Part shown: positions 1-10,682 of the stretch, piece by piece | Layout of the letters: every line of letters begins with the position of its first letter | How positions within the stretch are numbered: position 1 is the first letter of the stretch | Origin: Candidatus Microsaccharimonas sp. | GTDB taxonomy: Bacteria; Patescibacteriota; Saccharimonadia; Saccharimonadales; Saccharimonadaceae | Assembly (NCBI GenBank): GCA_049661485.1 | Contig: JBATAC010000002.1 | Coordinates: forward strand, 556,699-620,698 | Length of the DNA stretch: 64,000 nucleotides | Reading direction: 5' to 3' | Position numbers and translations under genes: made by a program | The notes under the pieces: generated by a model | Seen by the model: only the letters and a program-made list of their open reading frames with translations | The model's database searches: none | Told to the model about the DNA's origin: nothing

Positions 1-1428
1 GGCGTCACCCCCAATGGCTAACTGGTAAAGTAAGACATCGTAGCGTCGTGGTTGCAAAATTTTCTGGGCAACATTTTGTGACTGATCACCCGGGTCAACG
101 ATATTCGTGGTTATTGTCACACCTAAAGTACGCCACTGCTTAGATAGCTCATCAAGTGCCCTTTCAAAGTCGGGGTTCTTCGTTGTTACCACCGTAAGGG
201 TAAGTGGCTGACCATCTTTTTTACGGATTTGACCATCTAATTTCCAGCCGGCCTCATCGAGTAGCGCATTTGCCTTACCGACGTCATAGACCGGTGCGGC
301 CGGGAGTTGCCCAGTCACTTGACTGGCAATAAATGGAAGGTAAAGCTCAGATAAATTCGAAGACACTGAAGTACGGACCGCTTCAGTATTCGTTCCAGAT
401 TGTAAAGCTTGCCGTACTTTAGCATCCTGAAGAACAGGACTTGATGTATTAAAAATTGCGTACACGCCACTGTTAATCGATTTATTTTCAACAATGTAAC
501 GCTGCTTATTTACCTCATTTGCTGTAATGACCGGCAAATCGCTCGCTGCGTTTACTTCGGACGTAGAAAGTGCCCGCTTAATTGACTCGGTATCTTTATA
601 CACATGTAATTGAATTCGATTTAGTTTAGGTTTACCGCCGTAGTAACTTTCATTACCCGCTAAGTACACGATCTTCCTTCCATTTGAATGATCGACATCT
701 TGTAGTAGCCGTACTGTAAATGGACCACTTCCTATAGGATTAGTACTAAAACTGTTTTCACGTAATTGTGATGGCTCTATGTCTCTTAATATGTGTTCCG
801 GCAAGATAGGCAGGAAGCGAAGCGCGTGAGGAAAGGCTGCATAAACAGCCGGTAGGGTGAAGCTCACTGTCCGATCATCAACTGCTTGAACTTTAACGTC
901 ATTCCAGCCAGTAAGTGTCGAGCGAGTTGCTGCATTCTGCAGAAGACCCACTGTAAATACCACATCACGCGCCCTTACATAAAGACCGTCACTCCAGCGT
1001 GCATCGGGACGCAAGGTAATAGTATACGTTTTTTGATCGCCACTTACAGCTAAGTTTTCTGCTAAGTCATAGTTTAAATGACCTGTTTCATCGTAAGTAA
1101 CTAACCGCGAGAAAAGTAGCTCTCCGGCCGATTCTTCGGCACTTGATTTTGCAAAAATTGGATTAAGCGTATCAATTGGACCCAACACTGCCTCGGCATA
1201 GGTACCACCATCGGCGTTTGCTGTTGTTTGGTAGTTGTCTTGATACCACCAAAACTGCAATCCGGCTGCACCAATGACAATCCCGATTGCTAAAACCCAC
1301 AAAGCAATTCGACGCCGTACTTCACGGAAGTTATCCCAGCGCTTGAATACAAAACGGCGGGCATGCTTTACCGTTGCCCCTTCCACCCTTTTCATACGAC
1401 GGGCTAAATCTTTTGAGTTAAAACTCAT
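1..1428 (-). CDS. ABC transporter substrate-binding protein, family 5 (peptide/nickel type); 3' end cut by window edge
   Basis: Own minus-strand translation from ATG at 1428 stays open in frame to position 1 (476 codons). It reads MSFNSKDLARRMK..., then a membrane anchor IALWVLAIGIVIGAAG, then family-5-like stretches (AVLGPIDTLNPIF, YTITLRPDARWSDG, GSGPF, YYGGKPKLNRIQL). It is absent from the ORF track because it runs off the window. Confidence 0.7.
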   Translation of the reverse strand, partial: MSFNSKDLARRMKRVEGATVKHARRFVFKRWDNFREVRRRIALWVLAIGIVIGAAGLQFWWYQDNYQTTANADGGTYAEAVLGPIDTLNPIFAKSSAEESAGELLFSRLVTYDETGHLNYDLAENLAVSGDQKTYTITLRPDARWSDGLYVRARDVVFTVGLLQNAATRSTLTGWNDVKVQAVDDRTVSFTLPAVYAAFPHALRFLPILPEHILRDIEPSQLRENSFSTNPIGSGPFTVRLLQDVDHSNGRKIVYLAGNESYYGGKPKLNRIQLHVYKDTESIKRALSTSEVNAASDLPVITANEVNKQRYIVENKSINSGVYAIFNTSSPVLQDAKVRQALQSGTNTEAVRTSVSSNLSELYLPFIASQVTGQLPAAPVYDVGKANALLDEAGWKLDGQIRKKDGQPLTLTVVTTKNPDFERALDELSKQWRTLGVTITTNIVDPGDQSQNVAQKILQPRRYDVLLYQLAIGGDA

Positions 1429-1484
1429 CTTAGGAATGCGTCGCCACTTACCTGGTTCGTTATCAGCCACGCGTCCCCCGTTTC

Positions 1485-1712
1485 TTAACTAGGTATTAAA
1501 AGACCCGCTAAAATAGAGAGCACGAAAATAACAGCAAGCACAACGGTTGCTTCAAAAAGATTCTTATCCACACCTCGACGGGTAGTAAATAGCTCGCCAG
1601 AACTGCCGAAGCCTGCACCAAGTGTCGCACCACGTTGCTGAAGTAAAATAGCAATACCCATCAAAATAGCAGACCCAAACATTACAATCTGAAGAACGGT
1701 ATCAATAGTCAT
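1485..1712 (-). CDS. secG: preprotein translocase subunit SecG
   Basis: 75 aa with two TM helices joined by a glycine-rich loop (LLQQRGATLGAGFGSSGELFTTRRG), which is typical of SecG. Confidence 0.85.
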   Translation of the reverse strand: MTIDTVLQIVMFGSAILMGIAILLQQRGATLGAGFGSSGELFTTRRGVDKNLFEATVVLAVIFVLSILAGLLIPS

Positions 1713-2114
1713 TTAGTTACTCCTGGTTCTTTCAACTGCGCGAATTTCCATCGCAGCACTTACTATATAGTTTATCAGACTTAGGATAATTCCGGTAATA
1801 ATCGAATTGCCAAACGACATCGCGATGCCCGGCGCAAGCATGAGTGAAATATATACTAAAACACCATTTACTACAATTGTAAATAATCCAAGTGTGAGAA
1901 GAATTGCTGGTAGCGAAACAATAACAAGCAGTGGTTTAAACAAGCTGTTTACAATTGAAAAAATAAGTCCGGCGAACAAAAAGCCCCAGAATCCAGCCGT
2001 AACATCGACATTGTCGTAGCCGGTCCCAAGTAGGCGAACCGCCAGCCAAAGCCCTAGCGCACTTAAGATCCATCGAATAACAAATACAAGAAACTGTTGT
2101 CGCATGATTACCAT
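1713..2114 (-). CDS. holin family 4 / DUF360 (YvlD-like) membrane protein
   Basis: 133 aa with four predicted TM helices. The layout and motifs (FKPLLVIVSLPAILLTLGLFTIVVNG) resemble the PF04020 family. Confidence 0.55.
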   Translation of the reverse strand: MVIMRQQFLVFVIRWILSALGLWLAVRLLGTGYDNVDVTAGFWGFLFAGLIFSIVNSLFKPLLVIVSLPAILLTLGLFTIVVNGVLVYISLMLAPGIAMSFGNSIITGIILSLINYIVSAAMEIRAVERTRSN

Positions 2115-2121
2115 AAGTATA

Positions 2122-3333
2122 TCACAATGCAGTAGATAGGCTTACACTGAGGTTTTCATGGCCAGTTTTGGTAACAAGAATATCATCCTCAATTCGAACA
2201 CCAATAGCTTCCTCAGGAATATATATACCTGGCTCCACTGTTAGTACCATCCCGACTTGAAATGTTTCAAAACCGCCAAGTGATTCATGAACATCAATGC
2301 CTAAGCCATGACCTACTGCATGCGGAAAATAGTGACGATACGTTTTATCATCGCTTTTAGACTTTAAAAGTCCAACCGAAATAAGTGCATTTTTCATGAT
2401 AACGTCTACTTTGTTTTGGTACTCCCGTAAACTTACTCCTGGCATTATTAGCTTTATTATTTGACGATGTGCTTTTTCAACCGCACTGTGTATTTCCATT
2501 TCTCTGGCCGTAACAGAATTAAGGCTGTATGTTCGTGTTATATCCGCTACGTACCCGTCGGACGTTTTCGCGCCGCTATCAATTAATATGAGGCCTTTCC
2601 CCGAAAGTGAGTGGTTGTTGCGAATATAATGAAGTGTACAGGCATTCTCGCCACTTGCAACAATTGGTTCGTATGCGTGGCCTTCAAGACCTCCGAAGCG
2701 ATACGCACGACTTAAGTCCGCTTCTATTTCGTATTCATAATTATATTGGGTTAGTTGTCGTCGCACCATTTCGAATGCCGCAGAGGTCATGGCTACTGCT
2801 TGTTTTATTTCGTCAATTTCAGATTGTGATTTAATGGCCCGCTGACGATTTACTTCAGGCCGACAATCATAAACAGATTGAAATATGCGCTTCAAACTTG
2901 TTTCGAGTTTCTTACGGGCTGGATTGATTGTAAAATTATAGTATTTTTCATAAGGCGGTGTACAAAGCGTCGCAATTTCAGGAGACTGTTTTGCTATCTC
3001 TGTAACTAGTTTTGTATAGTCCAATTGTGAAATGATAGCATCAATACCACTAGTCGAACGTATGTCCTCTAAACTTAATGACCCGTTAAAAATTTCATGC
3101 ACATCTGAAATTTTAGGTTGGGCAAGTTTCCAGTCTTTACCATCAAAAATAAGTTTCCAATTTGGCTCATTTATACCAGTGTAGTAGAAAAAAGTTGCAT
3201 CCTGAACGAAACGATATTCAGTATCCGACCGTGCCTGCATTTCAGTTTGGGCACTTAAGATGATTGGACGGGCAACAACTGCCACTAAACTATTTCGACG
3301 CTGGGTGTACTCTTCTGCATTAATCATTCGCAC
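2122..3333 (-). CDS. pepP: Xaa-Pro aminopeptidase (M24B metallopeptidase)
   Basis: 403 aa. Carries the M24 pita-bread metal-ligand context (LILIDSGA...DGYVADITRT, HAVGHGLGIDVHE, VLTVEPGIY, GVRIEDDILV). Confidence 0.85.
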   Translation of the reverse strand: MRMINAEEYTQRRNSLVAVVARPIILSAQTEMQARSDTEYRFVQDATFFYYTGINEPNWKLIFDGKDWKLAQPKISDVHEIFNGSLSLEDIRSTSGIDAIISQLDYTKLVTEIAKQSPEIATLCTPPYEKYYNFTINPARKKLETSLKRIFQSVYDCRPEVNRQRAIKSQSEIDEIKQAVAMTSAAFEMVRRQLTQYNYEYEIEADLSRAYRFGGLEGHAYEPIVASGENACTLHYIRNNHSLSGKGLILIDSGAKTSDGYVADITRTYSLNSVTAREMEIHSAVEKAHRQIIKLIMPGVSLREYQNKVDVIMKNALISVGLLKSKSDDKTYRHYFPHAVGHGLGIDVHESLGGFETFQVGMVLTVEPGIYIPEEAIGVRIEDDILVTKTGHENLSVSLSTAL

Positions 3334-3355
3334 TTACTATATCGAAGAGTTTATC

Positions 3356-4354
3356 TTATGGATAGAGTGCCGGCCCGCTTGAAGTTGATCCATTTGCAGT
3401 ACCGCTCCAAGTCCATCCCGAGCTTGTGCCATCGGCAAATTTTATAGCACCATAGCTGTTGTCTTTATACACCATCAATTTCGAAGCTTGAATATACTCA
3501 CCGCTATTTCCGGCCGACCATAATATCCTTAAGAATAATGGCTGCCCATCAAAGCCAGAGGGCACGGTGAAACTATACTCTAAAGCTCTTGGCGTGTTTG
3601 CAGTCAGGTTTATGTTTTGAGTAGTTGTACCGCCCAGGTTGGTCATACTTGTTGTTCCGCCGTAGCCTATCTGGACGTTAAGCGTTGCACTTGCATTTGA
3701 TTCAAGCGTTATCTTTACACCATATACGTCACCGGCCAGGGCGGTCATCATACCACCGTTTGCCCTTTCAATGTACATAGCGACCGCCGAAGTATTATTG
3801 CGAGTTATCCTGTATGATGATTCACTTAAACTATTATTGAAGATACCATGGCTTAGTGCTGAAGTGCTACTCCTAGCATAATACGTTGTATAGTTCGTAC
3901 TAGACGGCTGGGGGCTATGCGCCAGGTTTGTAATTGTAGGCGGAGTGACTACAGGCGGAGTGACTGGTGGAGTAATAATCGCATCACCACATGCACCTGA
4001 AATTGGATTATTTGTTTGGCGAGAGTCAAAATAAAAGCGAACTGTTGGTTGTATAGTACTGCTTGCATTAACACAGTAATACGAACCGTCACCACTAGCA
4101 AATGTTACAGTGGTATTACTGCTTGGTTGAAATGTTGACGGTAAAGATATCGGATAGGCGTCATTAAAATTACGTGCATTTTCCATTGATGTCGATACTT
4201 GTGTCAAGTCACTCTTTACGACATTCTCCGCAGTCTTCGTGCGCCAAGCACCATATCCAACTACACCAACCACGGCTAGAATTCCGATAACGGCAATAAC
4301 AACAATAAGCTCTACAATCGTAAATCCTTTGCTGCCCACGCGTTGTATGTTCAT
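3356..4354 (-). CDS. type IV pilin-like protein with large C-terminal domain
   Basis: N-terminal prepilin signature (SKGFTIVELIVVIAVIGILAVVGVVGY) with Glu at +5 after the predicted cleavage site. Followed by a proline-rich linker (TPPVTPPVVTPP) and a roughly 190-aa C-terminal domain. Confidence 0.75.
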   Translation of the reverse strand: MNIQRVGSKGFTIVELIVVIAVIGILAVVGVVGYGAWRTKTAENVVKSDLTQVSTSMENARNFNDAYPISLPSTFQPSSNTTVTFASGDGSYYCVNASSTIQPTVRFYFDSRQTNNPISGACGDAIITPPVTPPVVTPPTITNLAHSPQPSSTNYTTYYARSSTSALSHGIFNNSLSESSYRITRNNTSAVAMYIERANGGMMTALAGDVYGVKITLESNASATLNVQIGYGGTTSMTNLGGTTTQNINLTANTPRALEYSFTVPSGFDGQPLFLRILWSAGNSGEYIQASKLMVYKDNSYGAIKFADGTSSGWTWSGTANGSTSSGPALYP

Positions 4355-4378
4355 ATGCTCAATAGTAGCATAAGCGCT

Positions 4379-5938
4379 TTATGCAAGGTAGCGCTTTACA
4401 AGCTCTGCTCTACTTTTTCCTATAACTTGTTCTATTTCAGAGAGTTCAGTTGCTTTCAGTTTTGTAATACTACCAAACTTTTTAATAAGTGCCCGACGAG
4501 TGACGGGGCCAATCCCAGGAATTTCATCTAAACTGCTTGCCGTTTGTTTTGAACGTTTCAAAACGGTATGGTAGCTTACCGCAAAGCGGTGTGATTCATC
4601 GCGGATGCGTTGAAATAACTTCGTAAGATGGGCGTATTTTGCTGGCCCCGTATCGGCGCCGCGTAAATTTTTTGAGTGACCCGAGGCGTTCGTTTGACCG
4701 GCGTGAAGGTTAACGATAAAATAGCGACCACTTCTTTCAACATAGACACCACTTTCCATTAACTCGCCTTTCACATACCGCTCGAGCCTATCGGTCGAAA
4801 TATTCGAATCTAAACTATCAACAATTACCTCTTCTTCACGCTTGGCGATACTAATAACAGGAATGGTTAATTGTCGTTCTTTCAAAGCTTTTATAGCAGC
4901 TTCGAGCTGGCCTTTTCCACCATCGATGAGAAGTAAATCCGGTGTTCCCCAATCTTTAAGATTTTTTTCACTTAAGCGGCGAAGTAACACCTCGTTCATA
5001 TTGCCATAATCATCATTACGCTCTATACGGGTTTTAAATTTACGATAATTTGCTCGGTCGCTTACCCCATTCGTAAACGTTACCATGCTAGCAACTACGT
5101 TCGTACCACCCATGTGGCTAATATCATAGCCTTCAATACGGGCTGGAATTTTTGGAAGGTTGAATAATTCAACTAAGTCCCCTAGCGCCTTGTCTTTACT
5201 AATATCTAAAAATTCTCGGTCACCAAACATAATCCGCTGCTGAAGTGCCTTTAAATCATTAAGCTTATTACGATAAAGTGCTGCATTCTCGAAATCGTGT
5301 AACTTGGCTGCTAACTGCATGTTTTTTTCAATATCGCGGATGATTGCCTTGCGGCCACCTTCAAAATAGCGAATGAGTTGCTTTAAAGTCGCTTTATATT
5401 CTTGTGAAGATGTACCAGGACGAGGGCTTAAGCCAATGTGTGAGTCAAGGTCGGGCCTGTTTCCATCTTTAGGGGGTTTCGTATAATATGGAAAAACTTT
5501 TCTTAAATAGCGAAGTGCTTTTTTAATTGCAAAGCCATTATAGTACGGACCGAAATAGTCCGCCCCATCATCAATTGGGTTACGAGTAAACGAAACGGTT
5601 GGCCATTCACTTTTCATGTCAATTCGTACAAAGGTTTGCGATTTATCATCTCGAAGTAAAATATTGTAGCGTGGCATGTAACGCTTGACCATTTCAGATT
5701 CTAAGAACAAGGCATCAAGCTCACTTTCAGTTTCAACCCAGTCGGTGTCATAAATTTCTTCAACCAATGCCCTAGTTTTAATATCCATGTCGCGAGTACT
5801 TTGAAAATACTGACGCACACGGTTTTTAAGAATTGCAGCCTTACCCACGTAAATAATTTCACCGCTTTTCGACTTATGAAAATACACTCCAGCTGAGCGC
5901 GGGAGGCTTTTTAGTTTTGCTTCAAGCGTGGTATTCAT
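4379..5938 (-). CDS. uvrC: excinuclease ABC subunit C
   Basis: N-terminal GIY-YIG domain (GVYFHKSKSGEIIYVGKA...YNILLRDDK), UvrC endonuclease core, and C-terminal HhH (IPGIGPVTRRALIKKFGS). Start trimmed to MNTTLEAKL (ATG at 5938). Confidence 0.9.
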   Translation of the reverse strand: MNTTLEAKLKSLPRSAGVYFHKSKSGEIIYVGKAAILKNRVRQYFQSTRDMDIKTRALVEEIYDTDWVETESELDALFLESEMVKRYMPRYNILLRDDKSQTFVRIDMKSEWPTVSFTRNPIDDGADYFGPYYNGFAIKKALRYLRKVFPYYTKPPKDGNRPDLDSHIGLSPRPGTSSQEYKATLKQLIRYFEGGRKAIIRDIEKNMQLAAKLHDFENAALYRNKLNDLKALQQRIMFGDREFLDISKDKALGDLVELFNLPKIPARIEGYDISHMGGTNVVASMVTFTNGVSDRANYRKFKTRIERNDDYGNMNEVLLRRLSEKNLKDWGTPDLLLIDGGKGQLEAAIKALKERQLTIPVISIAKREEEVIVDSLDSNISTDRLERYVKGELMESGVYVERSGRYFIVNLHAGQTNASGHSKNLRGADTGPAKYAHLTKLFQRIRDESHRFAVSYHTVLKRSKQTASSLDEIPGIGPVTRRALIKKFGSITKLKATELSEIEQVIGKSRAELVKRYLA

Positions 5939-5949
5939 AGCCCACCGTC

Positions 5950-6852
5950 TTATGCCGCGACCGCAAGTGCTTTTTGACGGCAAATTTCAGTGTGAAAAAG
6001 CAGATCTGGGTTTGTTTTACAGTTTTCGCAAATCAACACAAGGTCGTTACAGTTTGCAAAGGCGCAGTTTTCAAAATTACTGGTTTTACTTGCACAATGG
6101 GTACACGCACCAATGGTTTTTGCATGGTCTGAAAATTCGACGGTCATTCGGTTATCAAAAACTCGCAGCGAGCCTTCCCATAAGCCATCGTCACCATAGG
6201 CTTCACCATACTTAACAATCCCACCATCAATTTGATACACATCTTTAAAGCCACGCTTTTTCATCATGGCCGAAATAACCTCACATCGAATTCCACCGGT
6301 ACAGTACGTAACAACTTTCTTGTCTTTAATGTCGTTATATTTATCGCTTTCAAGCTCGGCAATAAAATCGCGGGAAGTATTAGTATTTGGTACAATGGCA
6401 TTCTTGAATTTACCAATTTTAGCCTCGTGTTCGTTTCGGCCATCGAAAAACACAACTTCATCACCATACTTTTCAATCAGTTCATGGACTTGTTTTGGTT
6501 TTAAATGAGTACCGCCACCAACAACGCCCTGTTCATCAACGTCAAATTCAGTCTCACTATTTTGGAAGCCAACCAGTTCACGACGATGCTTCACACTCAT
6601 ACGCGGAAAATCTTCGCGCCCACCATCACTCCATTTGAAAACGACATCTTTAAAACCAGGGTACTGCTTTGTCGCCTTTATGTAAGCTTTTAAATCTTCT
6701 ACCCCACCACCAACCGTGCCGTTTAATCCATGGCGACTGACAAGAATACGGCCACGCAAATTAAGGCTATCAGTCAGTGTTTTTTGCCATAGCTTGACGG
6801 CTTCGGGGTCACCGATAGGGACAAATTTATAGTAAAGAAGAATTTTCTGCAT
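5950..6852 (-). CDS. trhO: rhodanese-domain tRNA uridine(34) hydroxylase (UPF0176/YceA family)
   Basis: MQKILLYYKF start, rhodanese active-site loop CTGGIRCE, and a C-terminal Cys cluster (CTHC...CANC...CENC). Confidence 0.8.
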   Translation of the reverse strand: MQKILLYYKFVPIGDPEAVKLWQKTLTDSLNLRGRILVSRHGLNGTVGGGVEDLKAYIKATKQYPGFKDVVFKWSDGGREDFPRMSVKHRRELVGFQNSETEFDVDEQGVVGGGTHLKPKQVHELIEKYGDEVVFFDGRNEHEAKIGKFKNAIVPNTNTSRDFIAELESDKYNDIKDKKVVTYCTGGIRCEVISAMMKKRGFKDVYQIDGGIVKYGEAYGDDGLWEGSLRVFDNRMTVEFSDHAKTIGACTHCASKTSNFENCAFANCNDLVLICENCKTNPDLLFHTEICRQKALAVAA

Positions 6853-6916
6853 CGACACTATTATAGCGGTATGCACCTCTGTTGTCTAGGCACCAACAAG
6901 GGCGTATACTAAAACT

Positions 6917-7279
6917 ATGAAGTACACATCAAACCCACTAGTTGATACGTACATCGCTCAATTCAATGAGGCTACTCAAAAACGGCTCATCTGGCTTCGC
7001 GCCGCCGTGCAAGCTACCTTCCCTACAACTATTGAAGATATCAGCTACGGCATTCCCACCTATCGGCCCGAACCGGGAAAGCGCGGCATCATTCACTTTG
7101 GAGCTACAAAAGGACATATTGGAATTTATGGTGTGTTCGAGCCAAAAACCGACGCTTACATACATGACATAATGAAGCCTCATCGTAGTGGCCGTGGTAC
7201 TCTCCAATTTAAAAATGATGAGCCACTTCCAAAGCATGTGATTCGTGAGATATTAGCTTTTCATGCCGGTAAGATATAA
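6917..7279 (+). CDS. DUF1801 (YdhG-like) domain protein
   Basis: 120 aa. The pattern (VDTYIAQF...LRAAVQATFP...ISYGIPTY...HFGATKGHIGIY) is typical of DUF1801. Confidence 0.6.
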   Translation: MKYTSNPLVDTYIAQFNEATQKRLIWLRAAVQATFPTTIEDISYGIPTYRPEPGKRGIIHFGATKGHIGIYGVFEPKTDAYIHDIMKPHRSGRGTLQFKNDEPLPKHVIREILAFHAGKI

Positions 7280-7349
7280 CTCTTAGTTATCCTTCACAGC
7301 TACTTTATAACAGCGTATAATCAGGTGATGCAAAACTGCGAAAGGTAGT

Positions 7350-9149
7350 ATGAAGAAGACAAAAAAAGAATCTGTTGAGATTGGGCTAACGCTTAAACTT
7401 TACTGGGAAAGCATCCGTCACTACAAACGGTATTTTATACCTGTTGTAGTGCTCCAGCCTGCAGCCATTTTCCTTACCGGATATGCTGGCTTGTTCATTA
7501 TCTCACTTATTGTAAACCGGCTTACGACGGAAACCATACCGCCAGATCAACTTCTTTCAACCTTCATGCCGTATATTGTTGCGTTTGTTGTTTGCGTTGG
7601 AACGGGCGAACTCGTTTTATGGCGGCTTCTAATGTTTTTACAATGGACGATGGATGATAAAGTTATCTACGATTTAAACCGGCGTGTTTTCGATTCTTTA
7701 GCAGAGCAGTCCATGGAATTTCACTCAAACCATTTTGGCGGCTCGCTTGTATCGCAGTCGAATAAATTTACCGGTGCTTACGGTGGTTTATCAAGTTTAA
7801 CAATGTTCACAATAGCACCGCTTGTTTATTCTTTTATATTTACCTTTGCCATTCTCACTCCTGTACTACCTTGGTTTGCGCTATCTCTTGCTATTTTTGC
7901 TAGCATCTTTATGACTGTGGCCTGGTTTAGCTTTAAGTCAATTCGAGACCTCAGCGTACGTCGGTCAAAAGCACAAAATAAAGTTAGCGGTCAAATTGCC
8001 GATAGTATTACAAACATTCTAGTTGTGAAAAGTTTCAGCCGTGAGTCGCACGAAAAAAAACGTTTTCAAAGCTATGCAGGTGATGTCCAAAAGGCAGCTT
8101 TTGACGTACGGACGGCCGTAATAGCACGTGACTTTTGGTTTGGTCTTCTAATTACACTTATTATGGTTACAACTCTTTTTATTTTAATATTTGGAAATGT
8201 ATGGTTTGGCGTAGCTATTGGTACCCTCATGCTTGCTGTTTCATATTCAATGGGGATACTTGGAAACCTGTGGGGATTCAATGCTATGCTTCGTCAATTC
8301 AATCAAATCTTTGGCGATGCCCGCGATATGAGTTTAATTCTTAAAACGCATCAAACAATTACGGATAAAGCGAATGCAGAAAAACTTCGCGCTACAGTGG
8401 GTCAAATAGATATTAAAGATATTACGTTTAGGCACGCCGAAACCAAAGAAGAAGAAACCATTTTTAAAAACATGTCCGTTACCTTCAAACCGGGCAAGCG
8501 AGTTGGCTTGGTTGGTCATTCTGGCTCTGGGAAAACAACGCTCACAAAACTCATTCTCCGTTTTGCAGATGTTCAGGAAGGTTTGATTCTTATTGATGGC
8601 CAATCAATTAGTGAAGTAGGCCAAAAAAGCCTTCGAGAAGCAGTCGCATATGTGCCGCAAGAACCAATGCTTTTCCATCGTTCGCTTAAAGAAAATATTC
8701 TATATGGTAGGCCAGATGCAAGCGATGAAGATGTTATCGAAGCAGCAAAACGCGCCAACGCCTACGAGTTTATTCAAAAACTACCAGACGGCTTTGATAC
8801 GTTGGTTGGCGAACGTGGTATCAAACTTTCCGGCGGGCAGCGGCAGCGTATTGCTATTGCCAGGGCAATACTTAAAGACGCACCTATTCTTATTCTTGAT
8901 GAAGCCACTAGCGCGCTTGATAGTGAAAGCGAGAAATTAATTCAAGATGCACTGCAAAAGCTCATGAAAGGCCGTACAAGTATCGTGATCGCCCACCGCC
9001 TATCAACTATCGCTAACCTCGACCGTATTCTTGTCATGCAAGACGGTGAGATCATCGAAGACGGTTCACATGAAGAGCTGCTTGCAAAAAAAGACGGTCA
9101 GTACGCCAAACTTTGGGGTCATCAATCGGGCGGGTTTATTGAAGAGTAA
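7350..9149 (+). CDS. ABC exporter, fused permease/ATPase (MsbA/multidrug type)
   Basis: Six-TM N-terminal domain. Walker A GHSGSGKTT, ABC signature LSGGQRQR, Walker B ILILDEATSALD, and H-loop IAHRL. Confidence 0.9.
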   Translation: MKKTKKESVEIGLTLKLYWESIRHYKRYFIPVVVLQPAAIFLTGYAGLFIISLIVNRLTTETIPPDQLLSTFMPYIVAFVVCVGTGELVLWRLLMFLQWTMDDKVIYDLNRRVFDSLAEQSMEFHSNHFGGSLVSQSNKFTGAYGGLSSLTMFTIAPLVYSFIFTFAILTPVLPWFALSLAIFASIFMTVAWFSFKSIRDLSVRRSKAQNKVSGQIADSITNILVVKSFSRESHEKKRFQSYAGDVQKAAFDVRTAVIARDFWFGLLITLIMVTTLFILIFGNVWFGVAIGTLMLAVSYSMGILGNLWGFNAMLRQFNQIFGDARDMSLILKTHQTITDKANAEKLRATVGQIDIKDITFRHAETKEEETIFKNMSVTFKPGKRVGLVGHSGSGKTTLTKLILRFADVQEGLILIDGQSISEVGQKSLREAVAYVPQEPMLFHRSLKENILYGRPDASDEDVIEAAKRANAYEFIQKLPDGFDTLVGERGIKLSGGQRQRIAIARAILKDAPILILDEATSALDSESEKLIQDALQKLMKGRTSIVIAHRLSTIANLDRILVMQDGEIIEDGSHEELLAKKDGQYAKLWGHQSGGFIEE

Positions 9150-9154
9150 AACGC

Positions 9155-9769
9155 TTACTTTAAAATACCTGCTTCAATCAGCATGTCATAGTGGCGAGGG
9201 TTCTCAACCTGTATAAATGCGGCAATCTTACCTAGGATAAAGTCGTTGGTTGAAAGACTATGTTGCTTTGCAAATGCAATAATTTCTGCATCAGCCTCAT
9301 CGGCTTCTTCTTCACTATTTACAAGTTTCTCAATTTCAGCGATTGAGAACGTAAATTCTGAATCATCATATGTAGCTGTATCGATGTCAATTGTAAACCC
9401 ATCTTTTTTATAGGTTCTACGGGTTGTATGACAAGTTACAAAGGCTTTAATACCGGCTTTTTCTAGTGACTCTTCAAAACTGCTTCGCGGTTTTAAATTA
9501 AGTTCTTTTAATATAAGGTCATAGTCTGTGATTTCCCGAAAGCGAATGACGCCCGATTCAGAAACCGCACCAACAGCAAATGGTGCCTTCAATTCGAAGG
9601 CACCATCACGAAGGCGCAGCCAATTTCCATTAAGCGTTAATGAAAACGAATCGTCATCAAAGTAAGAATCGACAATTACTTTTTCACCAACAAATGTTGC
9701 ATTATCTAGTAATATTTGTTGCTGTGTTTCCGTTAAACGAAACTTCTTTTCAACTTCAAATGTTGCCAC
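9155..9769 (-). CDS. CYTH domain protein (triphosphatase / class IV adenylate cyclase fold)
   Basis: N-terminal ExExK motif (FEVEKKF) and about 200 aa of CYTH-like beta-barrel pattern. Confidence 0.65.
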   Translation of the reverse strand: MATFEVEKKFRLTETQQQILLDNATFVGEKVIVDSYFDDDSFSLTLNGNWLRLRDGAFELKAPFAVGAVSESGVIRFREITDYDLILKELNLKPRSSFEESLEKAGIKAFVTCHTTRRTYKKDGFTIDIDTATYDDSEFTFSIAEIEKLVNSEEEADEADAEIIAFAKQHSLSTNDFILGKIAAFIQVENPRHYDMLIEAGILK

Positions 9770-9809
9770 GCCATACCTCCCCTAGTACTTTTACTAAGAG
9801 TACTCTAGG

Positions 9810-10550
9810 TTACTTGTTTGCGTCAACGTTTGACTGCTTCGGCTCGTCTTGTTGCTTACCGCCTGGGCGGGTTTCCTCTGCTTGGCTGTCTTGAGGAGTA
9901 TCGCTACCATGTTCAGCTTCAACATCAGCGGCACTTGGATCTTCAGCGTCACCGGCAGCAGCCTCATTGGCAGCTTCAAGCGCAGCTGGCTCGTAGACAT
10001 TAGCCACGACAAGGTCAAGATCTTGCTCAATATCAGCGTACTCAACACCTTCTGGTAATGTAATGTCGGCGAGAGAAATTTTATCTTCATCAGTTGCAAG
10101 CTCTGCAATTGAAACTTCAAGTGCTTCAGGAAGGTCACCTGGCTTGGCTTTAATTTCAACCGTTTCAATGGCTTGAAGAATAATAAGACCAGCTTTTTCG
10201 GCAACGCTTTCACCCTCACCAATAAGGTGGATTGGCACTTCAGCTTGAACTACTTCATTAGCATTAACTGCGTGGAATGATACGTGGCGAACACGAGCTT
10301 TTACCGGGTCGCGGTCAATGTCTTTAATAAGAGTAATTTTTTTCTTACCGCTGACTGTAATATTTACAGGTGTATGCTTTCCAGCTTCGCGAACTACTTT
10401 ATCGATAACGCCATAGTCTGCTTGTACAAGAATCGGGTCGAAACCATGACCATATACAACACCTGGTACTATTCCTTCTTTACGAAGGCGAACTACCTTT
10501 TTACCCTGCTGATCACGTACATCAAGGTTTAAGTTAATTTTATCTCCCAT
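9810..10550 (-). CDS. rplY: 50S ribosomal protein L25 / general stress protein Ctc, with acidic C-terminal tail
   Basis: Start trimmed to MGDKINLNLDVRDQQGKK (ATG at 10550), preceded by GGAGGAGAG. L25/Ctc core present (RKEGIVPGVVYGHG...VNITV...IKDIDRDPV...HVSFHAV). Confidence 0.85.
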   Translation of the reverse strand: MGDKINLNLDVRDQQGKKVVRLRKEGIVPGVVYGHGFDPILVQADYGVIDKVVREAGKHTPVNITVSGKKKITLIKDIDRDPVKARVRHVSFHAVNANEVVQAEVPIHLIGEGESVAEKAGLIILQAIETVEIKAKPGDLPEALEVSIAELATDEDKISLADITLPEGVEYADIEQDLDLVVANVYEPAALEAANEAAAGDAEDPSAADVEAEHGSDTPQDSQAEETRPGGKQQDEPKQSNVDANK

Positions 10551-10682
10551 CTCTCTCCTCCTTTTGGTGGATACCTTTACGGAAATTGATATTGTGTCTA
10601 CTATTATACAGAATTTTCTGATAATAATCTTAAAGCTCATTTTTTACTTTATTTATTGTCGCACGTGCTATAATTGGCTGTA

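Noticed and set aside
9794-10222. 142-aa minus-strand ORF and several 60-90-aa ORFs overlapping rplY and other well-supported genes throughout the window.
   Set aside because: They are out-of-frame or antisense overlaps with confidently identified genes. Their translations are compositionally odd and show no independent signals.
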